A stretch of DNA of 63,502 nt, counting the filler, from Phoronis australis (lineage: Eukaryota; Animalia; Phoronida): the NCBI GenBank assembly GCA_002633005.1. It is 8 parts of 8 records of this genome, joined end to end, with 100 filler letters (N's around TTAATTAATTAA, not from the genome) between each part and the next. Parts side by side here need not be neighbours in the genome. Positions count along the whole stretch, not along the records: positions 20,614 to 31,838 come from NMRA01000106.1; positions 31,939 to 39,853 come from NMRA01000589.1; 6 more parts are not named here. One strand, written 5' to 3'. The notes under the pieces were generated by a model that did not search any database, was not told where the DNA came from, and worked only from the letters and a program-made list of their open reading frames with translations. Position numbers and translations under genes: made by a program. Positions 25,948-39,290 of the stretch are shown piece after piece. Position 1 is the stretch's first letter. The number at the start of each line of letters is the position of its first letter.

Positions 25948-27715
25948 AGACCCTATTCACGCCGACATGAGGCGCATTCCAAAACGAGGCTCGCTACGAT
26001 AGCTCTGTTAGCGGTTATCGGCATAGTTCTGTGTTTCAGACCGTGTTGTTCCGCGAACGGCTAGAAAAAATACGGACACGCAACTGTCTGCTTCACAATC
26101 TCTAAAGACATTGAGATTCGGAGGCGTTGGGTCGTTGCCGCGACGAAGCAAAATATGTCCGTGTAAAGTTTATTAATGTTTTCGAAAAGTTAGATCATAT
26201 TTTGTCGCATGTCGGTCAGTTGTTAAGCATCATAGTAACGACCGGAGAATGGGCTAGCCAGGCTGTGTTTTCATGACTACGGATTTAGGGGGGGGGGCAT
26301 AACCCCCCCCCTAAAATTGTATCAGATCCCATTTTTGAGTTCGGGTGCGAATTGCCGACTAGCACACGTGGCGCAACCAGGGCGGGTCTTGGGGGGTGAA
26401 TAAACAACGCATAGGCGCTGAATGAACCCCGTTTACCGTTTTTTTTAGTCAACAGGTCCGCAAACCCAAGAATTCAAGACCCCTGCATCCCCAGAGTTTA
26501 GGCTGGGCGCGCGCATCTGCCGAAATGCTGCTTATTCCTGTGCCCTGCCCCCCCAACTGAAAAACCTGGATCCGCCCCTGCTACGGGTTGAAACATTATA
26601 ATTTTTCTTTCCAAAAAGGACTGGGCCCTCAATCCCTCAAATTTGGGGCCCAATATCGGCCCTATTCCCCTCTCAAACATATTGAAATATCACGCGAAAT
26701 TCCCCCCANNNNNNNNNNNNNNNNNNNNNNNNNNNNNNNNNNNNNNNNNNNNNNNNNNNNNNNNNNNNNNNNNNNNNNNNNNNNNNNNNNNNNNNNNNNN
26801 NNNNNNNNNNNNNNNNNNNNNNNNNNNNNNNNNNNNNNNNNNNNNNNNNNNNNNNNNNNNNNNNNNNNNNNNNNNNNNNNNNNNNNNNNNNNNNNNNNNN
26901 NNNNNNNNNNNNNNNNNNNNNNNNNNNNNNNNNNNNNNNNNNNNNNNNNNNNNNNNNNNNNNNNNNNNNNNNNNNNNNNNNNNNNNNNNNNNNNNNNNNN
27001 NNNNNNNNNNNNNNNNNNNNNNNNNNNNNNNNNNNNNNNNNNNNNNNNNNNNNNNNNNNNNNNNNNNNNNNNNNNNNNNNNNNNNNNNNNNNNNNNNNNN
27101 NNNNNNNNNNNNNNNNNNNNNNNNNNNNNNNNNNNNNNNNNNNNNNNNNNNNNNNNNNNNNNNNNNNNNNNNNNNNNNNNNNNNNNNNNNNNNNNNNNNN
27201 NNNNNNNNNNNNNNNNNNNNNNNNNNNNNNNNNNNNNNNNNNNNNNNNNNNNNNNNNNNNNNNNNNNNNNNNNNNNNNNNNNNNNNNNNNNNNNNNNNNN
27301 NNNNNNNNNNNNNNNNNNNNNNNNNNNNNNNNNNNNNNNNNNNNNNNNNNNNNNNNNNNNNNNNNNNNNNNNNNNNNNNNNNNNNNNNNNNNNNNNNNNN
27401 NNNNNNNNNNNNNNNNNNNNNNNNNNNNNNNNNNNNNNNNNNNNNNNNNNNNNNNNNNNNNNNNNNNNNNNNNNNNNNNNNNNNNNNNNNNNNNNNNNNN
27501 NNNNNCCTTTCGTCAGACAACTCTTTGGCGCCTTAACTTGTTCTCTAATGTAATTTTCTACGTCTCTGTGGTTAATTGTCGACACATCATTAAAATTTAA
27601 TATCCAGGTTGGACTCGAAAGACCGGCTATTTAACTCACGCAATGTCTACTTTCGCTTTGTTTATCGCAGTGAGCCTCGCTTTGGATCTTAATGGCCGCC
27701 GCGTGAATAGGATCT
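25948..27715 (+). mobile_element. TIR DNA transposon relic (ISL2EU-like) with THAP remnant and nested GC-rich MITE; spans a gap
   Basis: AT|AGACCCTATTCACGC ... GCGTGAATAGGATCT|AT; second matching block ccaaaacgaggctcgctacgata / tatcgcagtgagcctcgctttgg; FTISKDIEIRRRWVVA THAP-like text near 26090-26140. Confidence 0.7.
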
Positions 27716-29642
27716 ATGGAGGAACGCGGACATGTTCATTCAAACATCCAGGCATTGTCTAAATGTTGATGCCGCATTAGACGGCTAGGACGACCAAACG
27801 TTACGTGAAACTCGTCACTTCAGGCCAATCTGATCGCGTGAAACTACAGAATATTTGAAGCCAGATTACTCAGCTGACCACAGACATGAATTTTCGATAA
27901 AACCTTCACATATTTACTTCTGTTTTGGTCTCACATATCGTTATCACATGTTCTGACGGGTCAGTCATGAATGTGTAGGGAATGCTAACAACGGACGTGT
28001 CGTTTGTTTAGCATACTGTAAACATCTCTTTTTTAAGGAGATAATGGTCGATTTGGAGATTTTTTTAAATTTCACATTCCATTCTTATTAGTGGTCAGGT
28101 CATCAAAGAAGTGACTCTTTTCACTAAGGTGGTGACGGCAGTTGTTTCTTATCGGGTCATATCTAAACAGAGCTAGGCTTGAAAACGTGCAGGCTGTATT
28201 TCCTTATTCTTTTTGGGACATGGAAACCGATGGAAACCGTAAAAATGAATGAATAGAATGTGCAGGTTTGTGAAGTATGATACCTATTCTGAAATCCAAG
28301 TCTACTTGTAGCTGAGCTATTCATCGGAAAGAAGTCTGTTTGCTCTATTATAAACAAAATAGAAGTTGTGTCTGAAAGAATGTGGATAAACCGGTTGTGG
28401 CGAAGGAGTGTAGTGCGTAGTGTTCACGACATGACTACAAACCAATAAGAAGGCCAGGTAGTCACTCATGTACAAAGGAATTGGTGGACCGTCCGAATTG
28501 AGGAAAAAGGGGTGTATGAAAGCATGTACCTGTCCTCGCACAAATATATTTAACGAGTGAAATACCACATTCGCCACGGTTTAGAAGTATATTCTAACAG
28601 ATGGGAATAAAGTCTCATACTCGTCATAACCAAACTTTAATCGAAATTCAATTCTAAATTTGGCGAATCGAGTGCCTTGCTCTCACTTTTTCGAAGAAAT
28701 AACTTGATGAATGGAACACCAATCAAATGAATTCGAAGCTATTTGAAGAAATTGCCCACGTGGTTGATTCGGCAGTATAACTTGGTTGGCGGGCTTCGAG
28801 TTCACTAGGTCGCTTCAAGATCAGAGAACGTGTTCCTTCGTTGTTTTACTGTGTTTCCGTGTCACAGATGCTCTTTCTATCCCCGGAACATGTGACTGGG
28901 ATCGACACATCTTAGACATAGACGTTAGTTCTTGAGTTTATCGTGTAAGTAAGTTTGTGCCATTTTCATGTGAAAGCTACCTTGTCTAATTAAGCTGGCA
29001 AAAACTGAATTAACGAACTTCTACTATCATAAAATCAATTTCTTAACACTCTTCCCCGCGATAGAATTCAATTTCTATTAGTCTACCAAAGCGATGCGTC
29101 CTTGTACCATTTTCCAATTTGCCTCTGATAGGGTTGGCCAGCCTTAATAAGGTCTGAAAGGTTTATATGATAGTAGTCCGAAGATGCATTATTTCAACAG
29201 TGCACTATAGTTCGAATGTGCACTAGATCGAAGGTGCACCAGTCCGAAATATAACAGATTTCGGACTCGGGTGTATTTAATGATGCACAATGCTGCGGAT
29301 GTCAGACGCAGTGGTACAGGCCTACCAATCCAAAATAATCGCCCGTCGGGTACTAATGCACTTTGTTAGGGTTTCATGCACAAGGGAACTTAGGCTTCAA
29401 AGTATGGCTTGATTGGTTACGACCCAATATTTCGAAAACCCAAAATTTCAACAGCTCAATATTTCAAAGATCCATTGTTTTTACAGCCCATTGTGTCAAC
29501 AATTATAAAGCGCCTCGTCAATTTGAGGTTTTGAGTAGCTACTCTAATTGTCAAATGTATTCAAAAGTTCTTTCGCCGAGCTGGCGACCTAACTATATAG
29601 TAATAATAACTTGTTTTCTAAAAATTCACGAAATTATGTTGA

Positions 29643-29890
29643 CGCGCACCCAGGGGGGGCGGGGGCTCGAACGAGACCCCCCCCCGCCCATTTGGCGAAC
29701 TGGACAAAAAGGTCCGCCTCTGAGAGACAAAAAGTCCGAGAAAACGGGACAAAAGTCCACTGAACAAGCGCAAAATCGGCAATTCACAGTGAAGGACCCG
29801 GGTTTTTTTAGTCCGGCCGCTCTTTTGTTAGCAAAAGATCCACAACGTCAGGAATTCGAGACCCCCCCAAATTGAAGGCTGGGTGCGCGC
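29643..29890 (+). mobile_element. GC-rich MITE; inverted homologue at ~47903-48097
   Basis: Termini gcgcacccag...ctgggtgcgc; shared internal text cgctcttttgttagcaaaagatccacaac...ggaattcgag. Confidence 0.8.
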
Positions 29891-30374
29891 ATTTAAGTGG
29901 ACGGCGCCAACGAGTATTTTTCCGGAAAGCACGTTTAAAGTCATATGATTCGTTTGTAGACGTTTTAAAAACATCGTGAATCTGCATAAAAAAACATTGA
30001 AACATGTTCTCTGACACTTCCTAAGTATGGGGTCGATCTGCCGCCTGTACATATTTTTTCTTTTCTTTTTTATTTTCTTAAAATCTGCGTCATCAAAACA
30101 AACGAATGTTGCCCATAATGCTGTGCGGTTTGACCTTTCGGCAACTCGAGACAAATAGTCAGCTGTTTCCAGTACTGCTTCGAAGAAGAGAAGTTCGCCT
30201 TAACCAGGTAATTTATTCGTTTCTTGAACATTTTGATGACGATATCGCTCCCTGTATGAGCTGAACAGTTTAAATATTACGCTTAGAATTAGATGAAACC
30301 ATTACCTGTGGGGAAAATTACGTACTGAATTCGATAGTAATCGTTGTGCTCGAGTCGAGTCTGCAGTGGTACCC

Positions 30375-30490
30375 TAGCCAGCCAGCTAGCGGTATCAAAA
30401 TACAGCTAGGTACCACTGTATGTTTTTCTTCAATAGAGCCCGAAATTCACACAGCCAGGGTAGTTAGTATACAAATTTGTACCAAGGCTA
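30375..30490 (+). mobile_element. Internally deleted 116-bp derivative of family A
   Basis: Joins the first ~100 bp (tagccagccagctagc...caaaatacagctaggtaccactgt) to the last ~25 bp (tagtatacaaatttgtaccaaggcta) of 2531-3269. Confidence 0.8.
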
Positions 30491-30722
30491 GCCCTGGCCC
30501 TAGGCATATCAATGCTGTGACTGAAAAAGAGTGTAATGTTATTGTGGTTGGATAGACCCCGTTTGTCACTCGATGGTCGTGAGTTGAATTTCTACCTGCT
30601 GGCAGTTTTCAGACTTTGGACTTGAATTGCAAAACTATTTGTGGTTTTTCATTGCCATAAGAAAAGCATCGTCTATCACAAGGAACTCTATACTCTGCTT
30701 GTATATTGTACTAGCAGGGGCA

Positions 30723-31148
30723 CATTGGAGGATTTAAGGGGGAGCAAGGGAGCCATGGCCCCCCTAAAATTCTCCCAGATACCATTTGGCAGTTCGGGGT
30801 GCAAATTGCTGACTAGCACATGCACCTTGAACAAACCCTGTTTACCGTTTATGTTTTTTTGAGTAATAAGATCCACAAACCCAAAAATTCGACACCCCCG
30901 CATTCCTACATCAGGCTGGGCTCGCGCATGTCGCAAAATTCTGGTTATTCCTGTGCCCTGGCCCCCCTAACTCAAAATACTGGAACTGCCCTTAGGGCAG
31001 ATAGGGGCAGATCCATGATTTTGAGTTGGGGGAACAGGGCAGAGTATTGGCCAGGATTTAATTCACCAAACATTTGCACCCCCGAACTGCCAAATGGGAG
31101 CTGTGAGAATTTTAGGGAGGCCATAGCCCCCCTATAAATCCACCACTG
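30723..31148. mobile_element. MITE with long TIRs; related partial copy at ~26280-26580
   Basis: ccatttggcagttcggggtgcaaat vs atttgcacccccgaactgccaaatgg; ggaggattta/taaatccacc ends. Confidence 0.8.
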
Positions 31149-31445
31149 ACTAGTCAGCTAGCTAGTCCACTTGAACACAACCCACTGGATCAGCGATGAA
31201 TCCTCGGATTGAATGCAAGCAAACTTGGGTAGTGCAGGTTGGCTGAAGCTTGTTGCGAGAATAGTGAGATCATACAAAACCATGGTTGGGAATGGGATGC
31301 AACAAATTTGATGCCTGTTATTCAGTGAAGAAATCTGGTTCTCAAATGGGGCTATTCGGAGAATTCTCCTCGCGGTGTCGCTGCTGTACTAGTGGTGATT
31401 AAATTGCGCATGCGTGGTTGTCTGCATGTAAACAACTGGTAAAAG

Positions 31446-31685
31446 ATGGAATTTTTATCAAAATACGTCGTCGCGCTAAGCCTTATTACTGCTAATTTCC
31501 CTGGTGCAAGTCTTCGACAGGTGGCCACAAATTCCCAAAAGACCTAACGTTACTATATTCGTGGACAATTGCGGTCAACAGGGTCAACTAACTGACAAAA
31601 AGTGCGTGGATGCTGAAGCCCCGTGTGTGCTCTATGATGTCTATGACTATGCAGTTCCATTCGGAGACTACACAACATTTTTTGG
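31446..31685 (+). pseudogene. Frameshifted first exon of an unknown secreted protein
   Basis: MEFLSKYVVALS followed in a shifted frame by LLLLISLVQVFDRWPQIPKRPNVTIFVDNCGQQGQLTDKKCVDAEAPCVLYDVYDY...TTFF, ending at a GTAAGT donor. Confidence 0.4.
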
Positions 31686-31999
31686 TAAGTTTTTAGCAAT
31701 CAATTTCTATCAACATCGTTCGGTGATGTTATCCCCACCAGTTACCCCACTGAATAACAGTTTTATTGAGTGGAACTAAGTGTTTCTTTTTGGAAACTCA
31801 CCCGATGCCGGGTAGGCTAGCAGCACATATTCATATTGNNNNNNNNNNNNNNNNNNNNNNNNNNNNNNNNNNNNNNNNNNNNTTAATTAATTAANNNNNN
31901 NNNNNNNNNNNNNNNNNNNNNNNNNNNNNNNNNNNNNNTATCATTGTATCAATCGTCCTTAATTTTTATTGTTTGCCACAGTGCTGTAAAAGGTTCGCT

Positions 32000-32085
32000 A
32001 TGCCTTTTTGTATGACACCTGGTTGCTCAAACTCTTCGAAAAAGGCGTCTTCTAAAGGGATGGTCATCGCATACCGTCGCCGGGT
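32000..32085 (+). mobile_element. THAP-domain N-terminus relic interrupted by a family A copy
   Basis: MPFCMTPGCSNSSKKASSKGMVIAYRR fits the THAP start M-x2-C-x3-GC-x-N. Confidence 0.55.
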
Positions 32086-32731
32086 TACCCAAGCCTTGGC
32101 CCAAAGCTCTGTGTAGATACAGGCCTACAGGTTTAAGCCGATATGGGTAAAAATGTACAAATAAAATCTGACTCAAATAAATGTTATTAAAACTATGTCA
32201 TCCTTGAGTAAACCTAGGAATCAGGTTCCTAGAGTAAACTTCACCGGTGTTGGAAATGTTAGCAATCGTTCATCGACTGCTGCTAGTAAAATTGTGATGT
32301 TTTGTGTTCTCTTGACTCGGCTTTTTGCGATTACGTCACCTGACCTTTACCAGTTTCTTTTCCCCCTGATTCTTTTATCAAGTGTTCGTCGCTGGCGGGT
32401 ACCTAGGTTGCGTACATGTTATAACAGATTATCGGAACTTGTTTCATTTTGTTTCAAGTTTTTAGTATTTTTACACCAGCAAACCGAATTTTAGAACAAC
32501 CTTGGTGCTGCGAAGCTGTTATCATGTCCCGAAAGACGTCTCAAATTTTTATGAAATGGCGCGTGCGCCGTGTCACGAGCGTGCTGTTTTTGAAACGGAC
32601 GACACACTTCTTTGTTAAAAAGGCAGCAAATTATGCTACCAAATGACATTTATTTGATTGTTGTCCACTTAAACGGCTGCAACGAACAATGGGAGTGTCG
32701 GGTAACTACCAGATTTTGCATGCGCCCCCGC
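32086..32731 (-). mobile_element. Diverged inverted copy of family A
   Basis: Reverse complement is colinear with ~2670-3269 (gcatgcaaaa.ctgg, cagccgttt, tttcaaaaacag.ac..tcgtgacac, ggtttgctgg, ccaaggct). Confidence 0.75.
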
Positions 32732-32769
32732 NNNNNNNNNNNNNNNNNNNNNNNNNNNNNNNNNNNNNN

Positions 32770-33167
32770 GCTGACAGCTGGCTGACTGGATGGCTAGAGT
32801 CCACATTGCCCTCGGCACAGTCACTGACACCAGTTGCACCGGCAAATTTTCGTCTGACGATGACGATGACTGGGTATCACTTTGTGTTGCCTCGGCTCAA
32901 ACAGGTATCCCTTGTGACACGACATTTCACACTAAAATTCCTTATTCCGACAATATGAAAAACGCTACTTAATTGCACGCTAACACAGGACAGTGACTTG
33001 GCCCCCGCCAAATACGTCACGAGACTAAGCAGCGCTCCAAGCCGGTATTTTTTTGAGCTTCGTTAGAGAATATAAGTTTAATTTTTGGTGTTGAATTATT
33101 TGTGAAATTAATCAACTATTCATAGAAAACTATCCAGAATTTATTCAGAATAAAATACAGTTCCCTT
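32770..33167 (-). mobile_element. Kolobok-like element end
   Basis: - strand begins TTAA|AAGGGAACTG at ~33170 and carries GYLFEP, the YxFEP start typical of Kolobok accessory ORFs. Confidence 0.4.
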
Positions 33168-33384
33168 TTAAGGTTGAACTCTGGGGGATCTTTGATTACG
33201 GCCATGTCATTATCAGTTTGACAGTGATAGCAAGGGGAGAAAGCTGGCAATGTTTGCATAGTCCAGCTCTCTCACTGAATGTGTTCATCTGATAAGCTCA
33301 AGTAATCCACTATTTACTGTTGGTTGTAAACAGCATGCCTGACACTAACCAATATTTAAAAATACTAGTTCCAAATCATGTTCA

Positions 33385-34012
33385 TCAGATGTTATGAAGA
33401 TGTGTTTTGTATGACATACTATCACCATAAATTTGAACAAAGAAAAACGGTTGACCTTCAACAAAATTAGACTTAACTTTCACTGGAAGATCAAACTGAT
33501 GATCAAGGTTATATAAAATTCCATCCTTATTACAAGTACGCAAGGTTTCACAACTTCCACTGAGCTGTATTATCAAGAGAATGAATACACACAACATGCA
33601 AAGACTATGTGAACAGCTGCCTGTCATTGGATGACGACATTCTATTGAGTTGGGGTTTGTGTTCTAAAATTTTGAAACTTTTTTTCACAAACAGACGGAA
33701 TTTACAAGCATCTGATCTGAAATTCTATTGATGCCAAAATCTATCTTGTCACCGGCATCTATCCCATGGCTATTAACAGAACTGTTTTTATCCTTATAAT
33801 GTTCAAGTCTATATTTCAAAATCCAGCAAGTCATGCCAATAATTTTTTTACCTAAACATCATTCAAGAATGAATGGACTCACCGGAGACAGCACAAGAGT
33901 TATTATCTCTGCGGCGAAGGATGTTAAAGTTGTGTCTCCCGTGAGTTGCAGGCAGTCACTGGTACGGTGTGCAGCTTTAGACGCTCTGCAGCTGGGTTTA
34001 AGATCTTTTATA
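33385..34012 (-). pseudogene. TATA-driven spliced gene for a secreted protein; probably truncated
   Basis: TATAAAA at 34012-34006, GTGAGT donor at 33882, ttttAG acceptor at 33664, then 80-aa ORF 33627-33385 with signal peptide (LCMLCVFILLIIQLSGSCET). Confidence 0.4.
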
Positions 34013-34971
34013 GGCCTAACTATCCCCAACTCCCGTACCAGGATGAATTTCAAAAATATCTCGACTTGTTTGCGTCAGATGAATAAAAATTTGCAGAAAC
34101 AAAAATTACAATGGAACAGAGTAGAAAAGAAAAGAAAAGAAAACAAACACAAACACATTCACTCTCACATTCGCACTTTCCAGCTCTGCTTGAACTTATG
34201 TTCAATGTAAAAGGGTTTCAAAACTCCCAATAAGTTGAGGGGTGATTCTCTAGATTTCATACTTTTCCATGTTTCGACAACGCCAAATAAAATTGGGTGA
34301 AATCTCTTAAGTACAGGAATACATGAAGACTTGGAACAAGTATGAACAGAGTACTGAGCTAGTCAATATGTCAATAATTTCAAAACAATGATACACAAAG
34401 TATGCAAATAGCAGGACACGCTTTTCAGCCAGTAACAGGTTAGCTTCAACAACATTTGAAATCGTTGTTTGCAATTTATTCCAGTCATGCCAAAAATGAT
34501 GCATTACAGTCAATATAGCTCAAACAATACACAACATTAGATCGATTATGGGTCGGTGTCTGGAATTGAATGGATCTAAGGTTGGCAAAAAAATAACAAC
34601 AGGTTCCACAGCAGGTGTTACTTGGCCCAATACTCTCGGGACATGATGTTTATTTTTTGAACTTTCACTACTCATATAAGGTAAGGAGAGAAAAACTTTC
34701 TTTCAGCCTGGTCCGAGAATGGAGCATCAATTTACGAATTCATTACGACGGGCCAGTTACGGTCTGGCTTCAGGTCTCACTTAGCCGTTGTGGCAACAAA
34801 ACCCAAATGCTATCGAAGGATTTATCTCATGAAAAAATTACAAGCTTAGTTAAGCCCCTATCCTTCCTCCGAGCCCCCCCTGTGTAACAGCTCATGACTT
34901 AATCATGGTAAACGGGTGATTTTTTGATTCCGAAACCCAAAAATGTAAGCATACAGTTTGACATGATTTAC

Positions 34972-35094
34972 CTTGAGAGAGAGTCCACTTTCAGTGTATA
35001 GAGTCCTCTGATATCATCCAAGCCCCTGACAGTTGACTTGTACACTTTGCCCAGGTCTGCTTTACAGCCACTGCATCGCAGCAGTACATAGGTA
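34972..35094 (-). CDS. MIS18: Mis18 exon with second CxxC zinc motif
   Basis: tttcAG|TYVLLRCSGCKADLGKVYKSTVRGLDDIRGLYTLKVDSLS|GTAAAT; matches remembered Mis18-alpha [37 protein letters not shown]. Confidence 0.88.
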
Positions 35095-36647
35095 CTGAAA
35101 GTGAAACACAGATTATCACTGATCCTCATAACGCTATGCAATAGACTGCTACAGATGAGCGAAATTTTATTTTGGCGAATTTCTCAGGAAAAAAATTCAG
35201 ATAATTTTGGCCTACTGAAGTAAAATCTCACCAACTTTGAACAAATGTAATTGTCAAAATCTCTCTTTATCATTTTTCAATAGTTTCTAACTCTGAAATG
35301 AACTCCCATGATGTATCAGAATCAATGTCTTAACTTAGGTATTGTACAGATCTTACAAAATATAGCATTTATTTGTTACTACTTTCATAAAAACGAAAAA
35401 TATGAACTTTGTTTGTCAGCCATATTGTGTCCTAAATTGGTGATGCTTTACTGTTAGTATCAACCTTGTTTCTAACCTACTATCTGGTAAGTTAAGTTAC
35501 CATAGATTGAATAAAAATGCTTGCTTCAAAGGCAGCAAGCCCGTGATAACTGAAGCCTATGAAAAAAGAACAAGAGTAATGCCGAGTGAAAGCCAAGATT
35601 TATTTATCCGTACATCAAATTATTTAGACATTACCTTTCCACAGCAGGGACCCATACATCACATAACCCTGAATTATAAAGAGCAACAGACATCATTGAT
35701 ACCGGAGTTTTCTGTAGGCAGGCGCATGTACCCAGTGGGCGTATGTAAAGAAAGTTTTCTGCAGGTATGCCTAGGGCATCACATACTGGTATATTCGTAA
35801 AAGATAGCCATGGTTGGATCCGTAACTTTCTTCAGTTTCATAGGAACTGAACTCCAAACCATAACTACGGTAGCAGAAATATTTTCAACAATAAACTTCG
35901 AGTTGTGAGGACAATTATAAAAAGATGGCAGGTGGCCCATATCTAAATTTCATTGGACTGGTGCAGGTCACCGTTGCGCCCATTGAAATACCTGATTTGA
36001 AAGTTAGGCTCTTCCCGAGAGAGGTTCCAGAAGTCAAAGACATGAACGCCACATTCACCTGCTAATGATGCTTGGCATTAAAACCAAGAAGCTCTCCACA
36101 GATATCGTCCACAACCACCACTGCTTCCTCTTGTTTGGTTGTCTCACTTAAACTTCGAACCATTAACAAATCAGTAACTCGGGCAACCATACATCGACTA
36201 CGTTGTTTATGTACTCTCTTCATTTTAAATTGCTGCTGGCTACAGTATTGAAACACCTGAGCATATATTCATCGTATATTGTAATTGACTTTGGTCCCTA
36301 AACTGATATTTTCTGAATATACGGCCAGAGATTCTCAATAAAAAACTTCGGCATATGCCCACTGTTCGTATCACAAATATAAGAGGGGCACTCATTTTTA
36401 AAAATATTTCCACAGCAGTTTGATCCACCTGAAAATCAATACGAGTTGTGCTTTCCTCATTAAGAAGACAGGTCAATGGATTCATCCAAAAGTCTTCATC
36501 AATCAGGACGCTGGACAGAGATGACAGCAATATGCACCCACACATGAATGCATGCATACAAAACCACCTTTCCATTGGGTATCTAATTAGCATATCCATA
36601 GTATACACCACCTTCGGTGTGAGAGCCCCTAGAGAACAATAGAATAC

Positions 36648-36714
36648 CTTCCTGCATCCAAACCACTGTCAGAGATCTTCACAGTTTTTCCTATTTGGAG
36701 AGTGTCAGTCACCA
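36648..36714 (-). CDS. MIS18: Mis18 (Yippee-Mis18 domain), internal exon
   Basis: ttttAG|VTDTLQIGKTVKISDSGLDAG(S)|GTATTC; phase 2 fits the next exon. Confidence 0.7.
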
Positions 36715-39109
36715 CTAAAAACATAAAAAGGAGAAGTTAAGAACAAAGCATTTACCATTACATGAAGGACCACGAAGACTGCAATACCTTTTAATATCTT
36801 CATTCTAAGAATGTAAGACAAAAATTGAGTGCATTAATCCAACTATTTTGTACAAAAGTAACTGCCAAAAATAGCCAGCTTTCCATTTTTCAAAGACTTT
36901 AAAATACCTTTTCACTGCACAAATAATTCAAATTAAAGCAAAAGTTCTTTTACAACATCTACACACTACAAACAATGATTGTAACACAATAAAATGTTCT
37001 TAATCTTTACTTAAGTGGAGAAGCGAAATAAAATTTCCCTTGTCGGCCATCTTGTGTGCTAAATGAGTGAAGAATAGCTATATATATGTCCGTGTCTTCT
37101 AATTAAACTAAACAAGGGTGATCTATATAACTTATTCAGCAGGTCTATGCCAACGGGAATTTATTATTAATTTTTGCTTCTGTCACCATGCTATCTGTTT
37201 CAAAGTTGGAATAATTATTATGTTAATAAGATGTCTGCTAGCTTTCATTTCTACAGTACTCCTGTTTTACAAATAACAAAAAAATGGATGACATGTGAAT
37301 TTTGTTTTACTTTATTCGCACATAATAACAAAAACAAATAGATCCAAACCATTTCTGTATATATTCGCCTGTGAAACATTTTTACAACATATCTACACCA
37401 TAAAACAAGTTGATAGTAAAAAAACTTAAACATAAGTGAGTCAGACATTAAAAGACATGAATTACTGAATTTATGAAAATACACATTGTCCTGAAAGAAG
37501 CAGGTTCCTAAAATTTCAGACAAAAAATCAAAAAACAAATGGCACATTGTCTGCTTTAAAAACCACATTTTGACATGGCATTTGGCTGCGGGGTTACAAT
37601 TAAAATCACATTGTGTTATAATTTATCTGCAGCATATTCTGTACATTTCTTCATATGGTGGTATACTGGCAGCCACCTGTCCCACCTTTTGTAGGTACCA
37701 TTGTGCTTGTAAAATGGATATGTAAAATTTATATTCTCACTTAGTGGCAGGTCCATTCACCTAAAAGTATAGGCATACAGTCAAGCTTCTTGAAATACTT
37801 TTTACGTGTAAAATCGTATTTTTATATATGTATGAGTGTAAAAGTGACATTTACAGTCTTTTCCTGTCCATTTCAACAGCATAGTTATTAAACAGTGACC
37901 AAAGTACTGAACAACTCGCCATTCGGCTTGTAAGTAACCGGTTCTAGTTCTATGGTGGCACAATAGGAGTTACTTCCCTTGAAAGCTCTTTGTTGTGATT
38001 GGGCCAGGGCTTTCTCAAGCAGGAAATAGCTTCGATTTTTCTAGAAGGTAAGGCAAGCCAAATAGTTTTTGAAAATTGAACCTTTAAAATGTAAGTTTTA
38101 CAATGTGTCAGAAAGGCTGGGACAAAGTTGAACTTGTATCAAATATCAATATTTGCTTGGTGTTATATTTACAAGGCACACAAGACAACAGGTGAGGAAG
38201 AGGTTACAATTAGGAGTAAACAGGGTAAATGTAACCTGTTCAAATACCGTAGGGTATTCGTATGACCTAGAATTCTGTGTGCTAGAAACAGCCTGGACAA
38301 TGTTAGAAGGGAATTAAGTTAACTGCGAACCTTGTTTACCAGGTATGTACTTAATACATGCATATATCTTAAATTCTGTTAGCTGCAATTCCTACAAAGT
38401 ATAGATCTCCTGAAAGGTGAATAAATTTCCTAACAAAATTCATTATTCTTATTTACCTGTCTTTACTTTTCACGATATAATTTTTTTTCTTGTCTTTGAA
38501 TAGATTATAAAGTATTGTATATTGGTCTTTTGTCAACATGTTGACAACCTCAATTCGAGGGAATAGTGTCTCAGATTTTTTAACTAGGTCTTAGTTTTTA
38601 ATAATCAACTTTTTAGAGAATTTCGAGCAAAAAAGCCACACTCTTGATTTTTGAAGGCTATCATTCCTAAAAACTAGAACCGAAATTGAGATTCTGAGAC
38701 CTTCGCTGTTCCCCTCGAAAGGTATCAAATAGCAAGTATTCTAATGTCATAACAATCAGTTCACGCATCACCAAGATATCAATGTTCAAAAATTGAAATA
38801 AACTCATCATATGTAAACAAAGACATTGTATTAAATGACGTTTCAGTTTATTGTCACTAAACCATTGTCAAGATGAATGTTCACAATATTAGAGTCAGAT
38901 AAAAAGCATGAAAGTTTTGAGACACCCAGTTGAGAAAATATAGCAAAAAATGAATCTAATTCCAGAATTAGAAATTAAGTTTCTAGATTTAGCGACGTTG
39001 CATCGGTCTTTCACGTACTTTCAGCTCGACTAGTGATATTATTACTATTCTGGCTAATAGGTGCCGTTTTAACCATTAAATGAAGCGACACTGAGGTCAG
39101 AACACTATC

Positions 39110-39290
39110 CTATAACTGTGAGACGGAACCACCACCTCCTTTATTCAGAAAGGGACTCTTGATGTGTTCCTGGAGAGCTTCTTTTACACGCCTTCTGAAC
39201 CAATCTTCCTCAAAGTCTATGATAGTGACACCATGAGTATTGATATTGAAATCATGTCCAGTGACGCATAGGTGGCTAAAATTACTTCAG
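39110..39290 (-). mobile_element. Penelope-like GIY-YIG endonuclease C-terminal relic
   Basis: HLCVTGHDFNINTHGVTIIDFEEDWFRRRVKEALQEHIKSPFLNKGGG. Confidence 0.75.

Noticed and set aside
31504-31685. Sulfatase N-terminus (RPNVTIFVDNCG)
   Set aside because: Similarity stops after about 10 residues and there is no CxPxR motif.
35800-36611. ORFs in the Mis18 intron as an endogenous viral gene
   Set aside because: Many stops in every frame and no recognisable viral motif.
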